64,000 bases of DNA. Source: an uncultured bacterium. GTDB lineage: Bacteria; Chloroflexota; UBA5177; JANWHV01. A program made the translations under genes and the position numbers. Below the pieces are notes generated by a model, which saw only the letters and a program-made list of their open reading frames with translations, was not told the DNA's origin and made no database searches. Of this stretch, positions 29,020 through 40,182 are shown piece by piece. Within the stretch, counting starts at the first letter, position 1. Each line of letters starts with the position of its first letter. The stretch covers positions 96,001-160,000 of the forward strand of contig CAWHAE010000014.1 in the NCBI GenBank assembly GCA_963827235.1, read 5' to 3'.

Positions 29020-31137
29020 ATGGATAGTTGGGGTCCTTGGTTTGCACTGGGTTGCGCGGCCGTCGCGGTCGTAGCAAGCGTGCTACTCATCATGTGGGTC
29101 CTGCAGCAGGATCAGGGCAACCAGCGGATGAGGGATATCTCAAAGGCCATACAGGAGGGCGCTCGCGCCTACCTTAATCGACAGTATCGAACAGTGGCCA
29201 TGGTTGCTGTAGTGGTCGCCGTGCTGCTGATCTTCAGTCGGGTCAACAATCCGAGCATCGGAGCCGATAGCGGTCTGAGCCTCCACGAAGGCCTCAAGTA
29301 CATGCTCTGCTTCCTGGTTGGAGCAGCGTGCTCGGCGGCAGCCGGGTACATTGGCATGAACGTGTCGGTGCGCGCCAACCTACGCACAGCCCAGGCCGCT
29401 CATAAGGGCCTTAACAGCGCGCTGACGCTGGCCTTCCGAGGCGGCTCTGTGACCGGGCTGATGGTGGTCGGCCTCGGACTGGCCGGCGTCTCGGTGATGT
29501 ACGAAGTGTTCAACGATCCGAAAGTGCTCGTCGCACTGGGCTTTGGCGGCAGCTTGATCAGCGTGTTCGCCCGCCTTGGCGGCGGCATCTACACGAAAGC
29601 CGCCGACGTTGGCGCGGACCTGGTGGGCAAGGTAGAAGCAGGCATCCCTGAAGACGATCCCCGTAATCCGGCCGTGATCGCAGACAACGTGGGCGACAAC
29701 GTGGGCGACTGCGCTGGCATGGCCGCCGACCTCTTCGAGACCTATGCCATCACCCTCCTCGCTCCGATGGTCCTGGCCTCCCTGCTGTTCGCGGGTTCTC
29801 CAAACCTCAAGCAGCTCTACGTCCTGCCACTCGTGATGGGCGGCGTGTCCATAATTGCCTCCATCATCGGTGTGTTCTTCGTGCGTGTGAATGAAGGCAG
29901 CAAGGCGATCATGGGCGCCATGTACAAAGGCACCATCGTCAGCGCCGTACTGGCAGCCATCGCCTTCATCCCGGTGTTCTTTAGCATGCTCACGAAGCTG
30001 GACACGGTCAACTCCTTCGCGGGCGGTGGTCTCAACCTCTCGGCCGGCCGACTCTACGGCTGCGCCTTGATCGGCTTGGTGATCACGGGCCTGATCGTGG
30101 CAATCACCGACTTCTATACGGCGGCGCAGCACCGGCCGGTGAAGACAATCGCCGAGGCGTCCTCCACGGGACACGCAACCAATATCATCCAGGGCTTGTC
30201 CGTAGGCCTTGAAGCCACCGCTATCCCGGTGCTCGTGATCGCGATTGGCATTTGGGTCTCGTACAGCCTTGTCGGCAGTCTGTACGGCGTCGCCATCGCC
30301 GCCACGGCCATGCTTTCCATGGCCGGTATCATCGTGGCGGTCGACTCCTACGGGCCGATCACCGACAACGCCGGCGGCATCGCCGAGATGGCCGAGCTCG
30401 ACGAGAAGGTGCGGAATATCACCGACCCGCTCGACGCCGTGGGCAACACGACCAAGGCCGTGACCAAGGGCTACGCGATCGGCTCGGCGGCTCTCGCCGC
30501 CCTGGTGCTGTTCGCTTCCTTCCAGAACGAGCTTCCGCGGGTCTTCCAGGCCGGCGGGAAGAGCTACCTCGCCTTCCAGTTGACCGACTACAAGGTGATC
30601 GTCGGCCTGTTCATCGGCGGCATTTTGCCCAGCCTGTTTGCCTCGCTCTGTCTGACCGCTGTCGGGAAGGCGGCGGGCGGCGTGGTAACCGAGGTGCGGC
30701 GGCAGTTCCGCGAGAAGCCGGGCATCATGAAGGGTACGGACCGGCCCGACTACGGCCAGTGCGTCGACATCGTGACCAAGTCCGCCCTGGGCCAGATGGT
30801 CCTGCCTGCCCTGATCCCCGTGCTCTCACCCGCGATCATCGGCTTCCTGCTTGGCCCTGAAGCCCTTGGCGCCGCGCTGGTCGGCAGCATCGTAGTCGGC
30901 GTCTTCATGGCCATCTCGATGACCAGTGGCGGTGGCGCCTGGGACAATGCCAAGAAGTACATCGAGGAAGGCAACCTGGGTGGCAAGGGCTCCCCGACAC
31001 ATGCCGCCGCTGTAACCGGCGACACGGTTGGCGACCCCTACAAGGACACCGCGGGTCCGGCCATCAACCCGATGATCAAGGTGCTCAACATCGTGGCCGT
31101 GCTGCTGGCTCCTCTTCTGACCCACCACTTGTGGTAG
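29020..31137 (+). CDS. hppA: Membrane H+-translocating pyrophosphatase, K+-independent type
   Basis: [28 protein letters not shown] (Lys at the K+-dependence position), [21 protein letters not shown]. Confidence 0.95.
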   Translation: MDSWGPWFALGCAAVAVVASVLLIMWVLQQDQGNQRMRDISKAIQEGARAYLNRQYRTVAMVAVVVAVLLIFSRVNNPSIGADSGLSLHEGLKYMLCFLVGAACSAAAGYIGMNVSVRANLRTAQAAHKGLNSALTLAFRGGSVTGLMVVGLGLAGVSVMYEVFNDPKVLVALGFGGSLISVFARLGGGIYTKAADVGADLVGKVEAGIPEDDPRNPAVIADNVGDNVGDCAGMAADLFETYAITLLAPMVLASLLFAGSPNLKQLYVLPLVMGGVSIIASIIGVFFVRVNEGSKAIMGAMYKGTIVSAVLAAIAFIPVFFSMLTKLDTVNSFAGGGLNLSAGRLYGCALIGLVITGLIVAITDFYTAAQHRPVKTIAEASSTGHATNIIQGLSVGLEATAIPVLVIAIGIWVSYSLVGSLYGVAIAATAMLSMAGIIVAVDSYGPITDNAGGIAEMAELDEKVRNITDPLDAVGNTTKAVTKGYAIGSAALAALVLFASFQNELPRVFQAGGKSYLAFQLTDYKVIVGLFIGGILPSLFASLCLTAVGKAAGGVVTEVRRQFREKPGIMKGTDRPDYGQCVDIVTKSALGQMVLPALIPVLSPAIIGFLLGPEALGAALVGSIVVGVFMAISMTSGGGAWDNAKKYIEEGNLGGKGSPTHAAAVTGDTVGDPYKDTAGPAINPMIKVLNIVAVLLAPLLTHHLW

Positions 31138-31200
31138 GCGCCAGCCAGGCTCGATGTCTGGTAGTATAGGTGAGCCAGGGTTTGGCTCGCACGTTTGCGA

Positions 31201-31232
31201 ATGTAGCCCCCAGCGCATGCTGGGGGCTACAT
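31201..31232. terminator. 14-bp stem hairpin downstream of hppA
   Basis: ATGTAGCCCCCAGC-GCAT-GCTGGGGGCTACAT; no U-tract. Confidence 0.45.
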
Positions 31233-31332
31233 GGCGCCAGGTAGCGGCCTGTTGAACTATCTCGCCGGCCAAGACGTGCGCGGCGGCAAACGCGTCGCGG
31301 CGAAGACCGCGCAGCGACTGGAGTGTGCGGCG

Positions 31333-32334
31333 GTGCAAGTGCTCGTGACCGGCGGGGCCGGCTTTATTGGCTCCCATCTGGTCGACGCGTTGATCGAACA
31401 AGGCCACGACGTACGCGTCTTGGATGACCTTTCGACGGGCAAGCTTGAGAATCTGGCCCGGCACTCTTCGCAGAAGCGGCTCACCTTCCGAAAAGCGTCG
31501 GTGCTCGACACGGAAACTGTGCGCGCCATGACCTCCGGTTGTGCTCTCGTCTACCACCTGGCAGCCGCCATAGGCGTCCGATACGTGATCGACGATCCCC
31601 TTCACGGCATATTGACCAACGTACGTGGCACCGAGGAGGTGCTGGCTGCCGCCGCCGATGCCGGCGCGCGTGTCGTACTTGCCTCGTCGTCGGAGGTCTA
31701 CGGTAAGGGCAGATCCGGAGCCGAGTGGGAGCCTTTCAGCGAGGAGTCCGACAGTGTCATAGGTCCGACCTCAGTACCGCGCTGGTGGTATTCCCTTTCC
31801 AAGGGCCTGGACGAGCACCTTGGTTTTTCGTATCACAGGCAGCGCCGGCTTCCCGTCTCGGCCGTACGGTATTTCAATATCTACGGGCCGCGTTGCGATC
31901 CGGGCGGCTACGGCGTGCTCGCTCGATTCATCAGCAGGGCGCTCGCCGGAGAACCGCTTACCGTTTACGGCGACGGCCGGCAGAGCCGCACCTTTACCTA
32001 CGTGTCGGACGCCGTGTGGGCCACGCTGCTGGCGGGCGAGCGCGACGAGGCAATCGGCGAGGCATTCAACGTCGGCTCTTCGGGAGAAATCAGTATCATT
32101 GATGCGGCGGAGTTAGTGCTGTCTTTGACCGGCAGCCGAGCCCAGGTCCGCTATCAACAGTACGTGGACGTGTTTGGCCCGCGCTTCGAGGATACGCGGC
32201 GGCGGGTTCCCGACGTGCGAAAGGCAGAGAAGGTGCTGGGTTTCAGCGCAGCAGTATCGCTTCGAGATGGCATATCCCTCACGGCAGATTGGTGGCGCGC
32301 CAGGCTGGATAGTCAGACGGGCTCGCGGCCTTGA
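31333..32334 (+). CDS. NAD-dependent nucleotide-sugar epimerase/dehydratase (extended SDR)
   Basis: TGGAGFIG, ASSSEVYG, YSLSK, RYFNIYGP. Confidence 0.92.
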   Translation: MQVLVTGGAGFIGSHLVDALIEQGHDVRVLDDLSTGKLENLARHSSQKRLTFRKASVLDTETVRAMTSGCALVYHLAAAIGVRYVIDDPLHGILTNVRGTEEVLAAAADAGARVVLASSSEVYGKGRSGAEWEPFSEESDSVIGPTSVPRWWYSLSKGLDEHLGFSYHRQRRLPVSAVRYFNIYGPRCDPGGYGVLARFISRALAGEPLTVYGDGRQSRTFTYVSDAVWATLLAGERDEAIGEAFNVGSSGEISIIDAAELVLSLTGSRAQVRYQQYVDVFGPRFEDTRRRVPDVRKAEKVLGFSAAVSLRDGISLTADWWRARLDSQTGSRP

Positions 32335-35043
32335 ATCCACGTACGTCGGCTTTGACTCGCGTGCTGGACGCACTGCTCGAGCTCGGCTGGCTCTTTGCCA
32401 TCCTTTCGGTGCCAACCTTCTTCAACCTTCGCGACGCTCGCATCTTCGAGCCGGACAAGATCGTGCTGCTGCGCGACATCGTCATCATCATGGTTATCGC
32501 CTTCCTGGTCAAGATCGTCTATGTGTTGCCGTACTACCTGATGAGGTGGTCCGGCAGCCAGGGAACGGAACAATCCGGAAGCCCCACTGGCGACCTCAAG
32601 GCATGGCTGCAGCGCCGGCCTACCGTCGTGGCTGCGCTCGTCTTCGCTGTGGTCTATCTTCTAGCCACATTTCGCTCTCTCCTGCCGTACACGAGCTTCT
32701 GGGGCTCCTACGACCGCATGGAGGGCACCTACACCTATCTCACATACATCACGCTATTCCTGCTCATGGTCGGGCACCTGAAGAGCTGGGAACAGTTTGA
32801 GCGGGTGGTTACCGCCGTCATCTTGTCCAGCATTCCCTGCGCTGCCTATAGCTGGGTGCAGAGATTCAATCTCGATCCCTTGGTCTGGGGCGGTTCCGGT
32901 CCAACGGCAGCCATGCGCACGCCCTCGTCACTGGGCAATCCTATCTTTGAGGCTGCATTCCTGCTCATGACCGTGCCGTTCACGCTCCACCGACTCGTCC
33001 CGGGCGGGGTGCGCTGGTGGCGCGCGGTCAGGAGCCGGTCGGAGGTCCTGTCCGCACGCTTCTACGCTGGAATGGCAGGCTACTCCGCCGCGCTGTTGCT
33101 CCAGGTCGGTGCGATTATCTTCTCGGGTAGCCGAGGTCCTGGGCTGGGCTTCCTGGCGGCCCTGGTCGTCTTTGGCCTGGCTCTGGCCGTTCGTCGCCAT
33201 GTGAAGTGGCTGCTCCGTGTCGTCGCTGCCGGCGCGCTGGTTCTCGTCGCGACCTTTGGTGTCACGAATACGGTGCTGAAAGCCAGCAGTACCCCGCAGG
33301 CCGGTTTTTCGCGTTTCCTGTATCTGTTGCCCAGCGAATCCGGCACTTCGGAAGTGCGGTCGTTGTTGTGGAATAGCGCTCCATCGCTGGTAAAGGCACA
33401 TCCGGTGCTCGGCTGCGGGCCGGAGGTGCTTATATTCTGCTGGTACCCATACTTCCCGAGTGGGCTCCGCGCCATTGAGCTGGCGAATGCCGCGCCGGAC
33501 CGCAGCCACAACGAGGACATCGACGTCGTGCTGACCACGGGTCTGCTCGGCGCGCTCGCCTACCTGGCGCTGATTGCGTCGATCATCTACACGCAGATAC
33601 GGCTACTCTTGCGGGCCTCGGACCTGCGCAGCATGACCTTCGCGGCGGCGCTGTTGGCCATGCTGATCGGTCACATAGTCGAGGCATTCGTGGGCATTGC
33701 CTTCTCGGCGACCCTGCTGCTCATCTGGTGCCTTGCAGCGTTGAGCACGGTGCTTGCAAGCGGCGAGGAGATCGGCGCGCCAGCATCGTACAGACCGTCT
33801 CTTGCGGAGAGTCTTGCCGCCGCTGACGCAATACGCTCAGTGGGAGAGGAAGCGAAGACCGAAGGCAACCGGAGGCCGGCAAGCGAGTCAGCCGGCAGAG
33901 CCGTCCGGCGGGCAAGGAACGACCGCCGTGGCCCGCAGGACAGGGGTGCCTCTCGCGCCCCTTCCGCCGTGTATTCGTTCGCCGATCATTTGGGACGTCA
34001 GGGCGGACGAGGCGTGCTGATAATTGCCTTGTCGGTACTGGTTGCCGCGGCGCTGATCGTGGCGTCCTGCTTCCAATTCGTGGCCAACATCCAGCTCATA
34101 CAGGCCGACTACGACTACCGCGTGGGTCAAGGACTCGAGCAGTCGGCGAACAATCTGCAGAGTCAGCGCGGCCAGACTTCGTATGCGGAGCAGACATACG
34201 TTGCCGCGATCGGCCAGTACCAGGATGCACTCAATACGCTGCCGTCGTGGAACGGAACGCCCAAGTATGACGACTACAGCCTCTTCCTGGGCAAAGTCTA
34301 CCTCGAATACGGTCAGCTGCTCTACAGCGACCTTCAGAGCAGCTCGGGAGGCACGGCGACGCTGGCGCAGGTCGAGAGCGCGTTTCAGAGCGCGGCCAAC
34401 GTGTTCGAGGCCGCAGCCAAAGCCAATCCGCTGAACCCGGACCATCCGCGCAACCTCGGCAAGCTGTTCCTCCAGTGGTCGGGCATCGACTCGAACACGC
34501 CGGACCTGCAGAAGCTGAAGACCGCCGACATACTACTTCAAGCAGGCCGCCGCACTGGCTCCGCACAACGCGGATATTCCCGACGAGTGGACACTGGTGA
34601 ACATGGTTATCGGAGACTCGTACCCCAACCTGGCACGGGCGCAGTATGCAGCGGCCCTGTCGCATCTGATGGACGCTCTCCAGCTCTATCCCGAGAGCGG
34701 CGCCGCATTCCGCGACCTGGGCTCGGTCTACGCCAAGTACGCGGAGTTCGCGGCAGCCGATAACAAGTCGAGCTCTCAGCTTCGTTACCTTGGGCTGGCG
34801 CGCGACGCCTGGATCAAGGCCGTGGAGTATAACGCTCCTCAGGACCAGAGCGTGTACCCGAAACTTACCTCGCTCGAGTATCAGGTGTTCCACGATTACT
34901 GCGCGGCTGGCACCTACGCGCAGGCCGGTCAGCAGCTTCTGCAGAGCAAGACACTCCCCGATTCGAACGGCCAGTACGCGGCACTCTTCCAGCAAGCGAT
35001 CGCCGCGGCCCGCAGTCACGGTTGCCGCCTCTCGGGCCAGTGA
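32331..35043 (+). pseudogene. O-antigen ligase / oligosaccharyltransferase-like membrane protein with TPR tail, frameshifted near 34530
   Basis: FEPDK, SSLGNP, SRG, PVLGCGPE, DRSHN (Wzy_C). The TPR-like sequence continues YFKQAAALAPHN in the frame of ORF 34597..35043. Confidence 0.8.
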
Positions 35044-36149
35044 GCGCCTATCTATTGTCGTTTGTGTTGGCCATGGCCGTGGCCTACGCGGCCACGCCTG
35101 TCGCCAGGCGGGCGGCGATTCACCTCGACATCGTCGACCATCCCAGTGCGCGAAAGGTCCATAGCTCACCCATCCCATACCTGGGGGGTGTAGCGATCTA
35201 CCTGGCTTTCATCGTCATTCTGGTGCTGGCGGTAGGACCCGATGACCGGGATTCCGGATTCTCCGTGGCGACCGGGCAACTGATTGCCATCGTCGGCGGC
35301 GCCTCGCTCATGGCGCTGATGGGTCTGCTCGACGACCGCTACGACCTTCCTGCCGGGATCAAGCTGCTGGGCCAGCTGATCGGTGCCGCCATCCTGCTCA
35401 TCGCCCAGGTGGAGATCCACTTCAATCACCACTTGTTTGCCCCTCTGGAGGCTCCCGTTACGGTCGTCTGGGTGGTAGGCATCACCAATGCCTTCAATCT
35501 GATGGACAACATGGACGGGCTGGCGGTAGGCACGGCCGGCATCGCGGCCACGTTCTTCTTCATTCACGCCATCCTGGCCCTGCCGATGCAGAGCTTCGTG
35601 GCATCGCTGGCTGCCGCGCTGGCAGGCGCCTGCTTCGGATTCCTGTTCTATAATTGGAGCCCTGCCAAGATATTCATGGGTGACGCGGGCTCGCTATTCC
35701 TGGGCTACACGCTTTCGGCGCTCGCCCTCAAGCTTAGTCTCTCGACCACCAGTCCGCAGCTCGTGCAGCTCGCGCTCCGCGCCGGCTATTCGTCCGGTGT
35801 AACCCAGAATCTTCACGCAATAGCGCTCATGGCTCCCGTGGTCGTGCTCGGCGTTCCGATTTTCGACACTACAATGGTCACCCTGTCCCGCCTTCGACGC
35901 GGCGTACCCGTCTCGCAGGGTGGCCGCGATCACCTGTCGCACCGTCTCGTCGGCGCTGGACTGACCCACAGGGAAGCGGTGATGAGCCTCTACCTGGCCA
36001 CCTGCGCCCTAGGGGGCCTGAGCATCGTGCTCACCCGAGTGAATCTCGACGAAGGTATCTTCGTCCTGGCCGCTTTGATGCTGGCAGCCATGTACTTCTT
36101 CACCCATTTCGAGCGCATGTACCGCGAACAGACATCACCCCATCCATGA
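35040..36149 (+). CDS. WecA/TagO-like polyprenyl-phosphate HexNAc-1-P transferase (MraY family)
   Basis: D.PSARKVH..PYLGG, GLLDD, NAFNLMDNMDGL, FMGDAGS, DHLSHRL. Confidence 0.92.
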   Translation: MSAYLLSFVLAMAVAYAATPVARRAAIHLDIVDHPSARKVHSSPIPYLGGVAIYLAFIVILVLAVGPDDRDSGFSVATGQLIAIVGGASLMALMGLLDDRYDLPAGIKLLGQLIGAAILLIAQVEIHFNHHLFAPLEAPVTVVWVVGITNAFNLMDNMDGLAVGTAGIAATFFFIHAILALPMQSFVASLAAALAGACFGFLFYNWSPAKIFMGDAGSLFLGYTLSALALKLSLSTTSPQLVQLALRAGYSSGVTQNLHAIALMAPVVVLGVPIFDTTMVTLSRLRRGVPVSQGGRDHLSHRLVGAGLTHREAVMSLYLATCALGGLSIVLTRVNLDEGIFVLAALMLAAMYFFTHFERMYREQTSPHP

Positions 36150-36183
36150 GCAACGGGATGGGTTTGGCAAGGAGACGGTTGCC

Positions 36184-37167
36184 ATGGCATTTCCAACGTC
36201 CCGCCCGCGCAGACTCCGCCGGTCGGCGGCCATTCGCTCCCTCGTAGCAGAGACACGCGTCCAGGTCGACGATCTCATTGCGCCGCTGTTCTTCGATGCG
36301 CGCCTCCGTCATCCGCAGAGCCTGGAGTCCATGCCGGGACAGGTCCGATGGCCGGTCTCTGAGGCATCCGCTGCCTGTGGACCGCTCGTAGAGGCAGGAG
36401 TGAAGGCCGTGCTGCTGTTCGGTCTGCCGGACTTCAAGGACGAGGAGGGCAGCTCGAGCTGGCAGAAAGACGGCGTCATCCAGCAGTCGATCGCCGCCAT
36501 CCGGGCCCATTTCCCCGACTTGCAGATCATCACCGACGTCTGCCTCTGCGAATACACGTCTCACGGTCATTGCGGCGTATTGCGTGGTGGAGACGTGGAC
36601 AACGATGCCTCGCTGCCACTTCTTGCACGCCAGGCCATCTCCCACGCGGAGGCCGGCGCGGACATCGTCGCGCCGTCCGACATGATGGACGGGCGGGTAG
36701 CGGAGCTGCGCCGGAGCCTCGATAGCTGCTCCATGGAGCACATAGCCATCATGGCCTACTCCGCCAAGTACGCTTCGGCCTTCTACGGTCCGTTTCGTGA
36801 GGCGGCGGAGTCCGCTCCCGCGTTCGGCGACCGGCGGACGTATCAGATGGATCCGGCGAACGCGCGCGAGGCGATTGCCGAAGCCGCCCTCGACGTGGTC
36901 GAAGGTGCCGACATCGTCATGGTGAAACCCGCCCTCGCCTATCTCGACGTCATTCGTCGCGTGCGCGAGTCGGTCAACTGCCCCGTAGCGGCATATAACG
37001 TCAGCGGTGAGTACGCCATGGTCAAGGCTGCCGCGGCAGCGGGCTGGATCGACGAGCAGCGTGCGATCAAGGAAGTGCTCACCTCGATCAAGCGAGCCGG
37101 CGCCGACCTGATCATCACCTATCACTCCCTCGAGGCGGCACGCTCCCTTGCTGCCGGCAACTGGTAG
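36184..37167 (+). CDS. hemB: Porphobilinogen synthase
   Basis: DVCLCEYTSHGHCG, SDMMDG, YGPFREA, MVKP. Confidence 0.97.
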   Translation: MAFPTSRPRRLRRSAAIRSLVAETRVQVDDLIAPLFFDARLRHPQSLESMPGQVRWPVSEASAACGPLVEAGVKAVLLFGLPDFKDEEGSSSWQKDGVIQQSIAAIRAHFPDLQIITDVCLCEYTSHGHCGVLRGGDVDNDASLPLLARQAISHAEAGADIVAPSDMMDGRVAELRRSLDSCSMEHIAIMAYSAKYASAFYGPFREAAESAPAFGDRRTYQMDPANAREAIAEAALDVVEGADIVMVKPALAYLDVIRRVRESVNCPVAAYNVSGEYAMVKAAAAAGWIDEQRAIKEVLTSIKRAGADLIITYHSLEAARSLAAGNW

Positions 37168-37250
37168 CGGTGTCGCAGGAATGCCCGACGGTATGTGCGA
37201 GGCCCTGCCTGTGTCGAGATCACTGATCCCGACTGCGACCGGACTCGCTC

Positions 37251-37763
37251 CTACTCCTGGCGGCCCCGATCGGTGCTGGCGTTCAGCGATCGTTCCGTGA
37301 TGCGCCTCACCAAATCGGCCTCGTTGGAGTAGCGGAGAGTATCCCTGGCGTATCCTACAGGAAACCAGGCGACGAGATCGTACTCGTGGTCGTGCAGCGA
37401 CGGATCGCCGCCAATCGCGACCATGGTGTAGTAGGCGACTCGCTTGCGGTACCGGATGCCTCGGTCCAGGAAGCTGTATGCAATGACCCCGGCAAACCCC
37501 GTGATCGCCACTTCGAGCCCGGTCTCCTCGCGGACCTCGCGCAGCGCAGTCTGTTGCGCGCTTTCGCCCGGAAGCGGCGTGCCCTTGGGAAGTGCCCAGA
37601 GCTGCCGGTCACGCGACTGCAGATCGCGCCCGACGAGCAGGATCTCGCGCAGGTTGGCCTGCCCGCGCATCACGATGCCGCCGGCGGAAAAGGCATGCAC
37701 GATCCGGCGCGACGGCGCGTCCACCTTCTCGGCGTATTGCGGATCAGGCGTGCTGGCATTCAT
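37251..37763 (-). CDS. NUDIX hydrolase
   Basis: PKG..GESAQQTALREVREETG Nudix box. Confidence 0.9.
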   Translation of the reverse strand: MNASTPDPQYAEKVDAPSRRIVHAFSAGGIVMRGQANLREILLVGRDLQSRDRQLWALPKGTPLPGESAQQTALREVREETGLEVAITGFAGVIAYSFLDRGIRYRKRVAYYTMVAIGGDPSLHDHEYDLVAWFPVGYARDTLRYSNEADLVRRITERSLNASTDRGRQE

Positions 37764-38632
37764 CGGTTACGCTCGCCCTCCGATGAACTCTGCGCAACAT
37801 CATGTATGACGCCAGGCAGCCGGCTGCTGCCAGTCGCCGTTGGATCAGACTCAACGTGCTGCCCGCGATCGGTCCATGCATCTGCCGCGGAATGAGCGGC
37901 AGCCTCCGGGGCTCCACGCCTGGATCGCGGCTGTTCCTGCAGCGCCGCCGCGATCTCGACCAGACGATCGCGCAAAGCAGACTGCCGTCCCTCGGCGAAC
38001 AGGCAGTCGCGACCTGCTGCTACGCCGCCAAGGCCTTGTTCGGAGTCGCCCTCGCCGCTCATGACACGTGCGAAGCGGGCGAGATCTTCGAGGCAGCTCT
38101 GTTCGCAGCCAATCAGGTGTGCGGTGCCCAGCACGGCAAGGGAGTACAGGCCGTAGACCATTCCGTCCGGCCCCGCGTCTCGCTCGCGCAAGACCTCGCC
38201 CATGCATTGTTGCTTGATCACTTCGGCAAGGAGGCGCATTACGGTGAGATTCCGCAGTCCGGCGGTGATGAATGAGGCCTGTGAGTAAAGATAGTCGCCG
38301 GCCAAGACAATCAGTTGCAAGTCGATGGCCGGCTGCTCTGCCGGCACCAGCGGATCGCCCTGCAAGATCTGGCGGTGGGCGAGGCCTGCGACTTCGACGA
38401 TCTGTATAGCCGCCGCGAAGCGAAGCACCTGCTCCGGTACGGTGCCGGCACAGGCCAGTGCTATGAGCAATGCGACGCCACCGGTGAGCGGGTTGCCGTG
38501 GCGTTCCAGCAGGGTCTGAACGACATGGTGAAGATACTCACCGTCCGCTTCACCGAGCTGGGCCAGGATACGCGTCACCTGACGCGCGTCATCACTGACC
38601 GGGTCGAGGAGGTAGGCGCGCCTGTCATTCAT
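37760..38632 (-). CDS. Polyprenyl synthetase-like protein lacking DDxxD motifs
   Basis: AAAIQIVEVAGLAH, VLAGDYLYSQA, CMGEV resemble trans-prenyltransferase helices. Confidence 0.6.
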   Translation of the reverse strand: MNDRRAYLLDPVSDDARQVTRILAQLGEADGEYLHHVVQTLLERHGNPLTGGVALLIALACAGTVPEQVLRFAAAIQIVEVAGLAHRQILQGDPLVPAEQPAIDLQLIVLAGDYLYSQASFITAGLRNLTVMRLLAEVIKQQCMGEVLRERDAGPDGMVYGLYSLAVLGTAHLIGCEQSCLEDLARFARVMSGEGDSEQGLGGVAAGRDCLFAEGRQSALRDRLVEIAAALQEQPRSRRGAPEAAAHSAADAWTDRGQHVESDPTATGSSRLPGVIHDVAQSSSEGERNR

Positions 38633-38645
38633 GACCTATGCGCCC

Positions 38646-39425
38646 CTAGAATCCAAATAGTCGGCGCGCATTGGCAACAAGTGCTGGAGCGAGCTCATCG
38701 GCGGAGAGGTCACGAACCTTGGCCAGGGTTTCCAGCGTGTGGACCACATTCGCCGGCTCGTTCTTCTTGCCGCGCACCGGTATAGGCGCCAAGTAGGGCG
38801 AATCCGTCTCGACCAGGATCCTGTCAAGCGGAATCTGCTTCGCTGCTTCGCGCAACTGATCGGAGCCGGGGTAGGTCAGATTGCCCGCGAATGATATGTA
38901 GTAGCCGAGCTCGAGGAATCTCACGGCCAGTGACATACTCCCGCCAAAGCAATGCAGCACGCCGCGCACGGAGGTTCCATAGCGCGCCGCTATCGTGTAG
39001 AGCTCCTCATCTGCCTGCCGATTGTGCAGTACGATAGGCAGACCCGTGCGTTGGGCAAGGCGCATGTGCGACACGAGATGGGCCTGCTGGAGCACCGGAT
39101 CCGTATTCTGTCTATAGAAATCGAGCCCGGTCTCCCCAATGGCGCGCACTCGCGGATGTTTTGCCAGATTCTCGAGGCCGGCAAAGTCGTCGCTAGCTCG
39201 GGCGTCGTTGGGGTGAATGCCCACAGCCGCGAAGACGTGGGGAAAGGCATCGGCTATCGCCAGGACTGTGCGGCAGTTGTCGAGATCGACAGCAGGAACG
39301 AGCATACACGACACACCGGCAAGCTCGGCTCTCTCGATGACCGGCGCTGCTTCCGCCGGGGTGATCTCGAGGAAGTGCGTGTGCGTGTCAATACACTCGA
39401 GAATGCCGCCTGTTGCTCGATCCAT
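38646..39425 (-). CDS. tatD: TatD family DNase
   Basis: DTHTH, GIHP, IGETGLD, LHCF, ETDSPYL. Confidence 0.95.
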   Translation of the reverse strand: MDRATGGILECIDTHTHFLEITPAEAAPVIERAELAGVSCMLVPAVDLDNCRTVLAIADAFPHVFAAVGIHPNDARASDDFAGLENLAKHPRVRAIGETGLDFYRQNTDPVLQQAHLVSHMRLAQRTGLPIVLHNRQADEELYTIAARYGTSVRGVLHCFGGSMSLAVRFLELGYYISFAGNLTYPGSDQLREAAKQIPLDRILVETDSPYLAPIPVRGKKNEPANVVHTLETLAKVRDLSADELAPALVANARRLFGF

Positions 39426-39574
39426 CTGCGGTAGTCTGCCAATCGGGATGTACGCTGCTCAGCACGAACCATGGCGCAGGCACGGCGCCGGCACGCGGAT
39501 GGGCGCCCTATCCGGAAGCTCGGCCCCACCCCGCGCTTCGCGGATACTATACCACACGGTTTTTGGCCGGGTTC

Positions 39575-39916
39575 TTATCCTGGCGGCCAGCGCATGGCGC
39601 GGCCGGCCAGCACGTGCATGTGGAGGTGATTGATGGTCTGCCCGCCGTCGGCACCCTGGTTCACGACCAGGCGGAATCCGCCGGTGAGCTGCTCGGCGGA
39701 AGCCACTTCCTGCGCCATCTCCATCAATTGGTTCCACATACGGTCCGCCCCAGGAAGTGCACTGATGCCCGTCACGTGAGCCTTCGGGGCTACCAACACG
39801 TGGATTGGCGCCTGAGGATTGACGTCTCGAAAAGCGACGACGTCCTCGTTTTCCGCCACTCGCGAGGACGGTATCTCGCCACGGGCGATGCGGCAGAAGA
39901 TACACGAGTCGCTCAA
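39575..39916 (-). CDS. HIT family nucleotide-binding protein
   Basis: CIFC, DVNPQAP, HLHMH triad. Confidence 0.94.
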   Translation of the reverse strand: MSDSCIFCRIARGEIPSSRVAENEDVVAFRDVNPQAPIHVLVAPKAHVTGISALPGADRMWNQLMEMAQEVASAEQLTGGFRLVVNQGADGGQTINHLHMHVLAGRAMRWPPG

Positions 39917-40182
39917 GCAGTAGCTCCTCTCAACCTAGCCCAATCGACGACCGCAAGCCGCCACCTGCCGGGACTCGCCCGCGTTGACTGGCTGCGGCCC
40001 TTCACCCTACAATTCTACAACGTGGCTGCTGAGCATTGCCTGCCGGGCGTGGTGAACGCCTATCTCTCACAGGCAGTGGGTCACGCCCAAGCCCTGGCGG
40101 CGTGCGACTGCGCTGCCCGACGACGATGCCTTCTGGCACCGTCGGGCCGGATCTCAGGTACGATCGCTCACGAGGGAAAAGC

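Noticed and set aside
29020-31137. Na+-pumping PPase call
   Set aside because: GNTTKA carries the Lys that marks the K+-independent, typically H+-pumping family.
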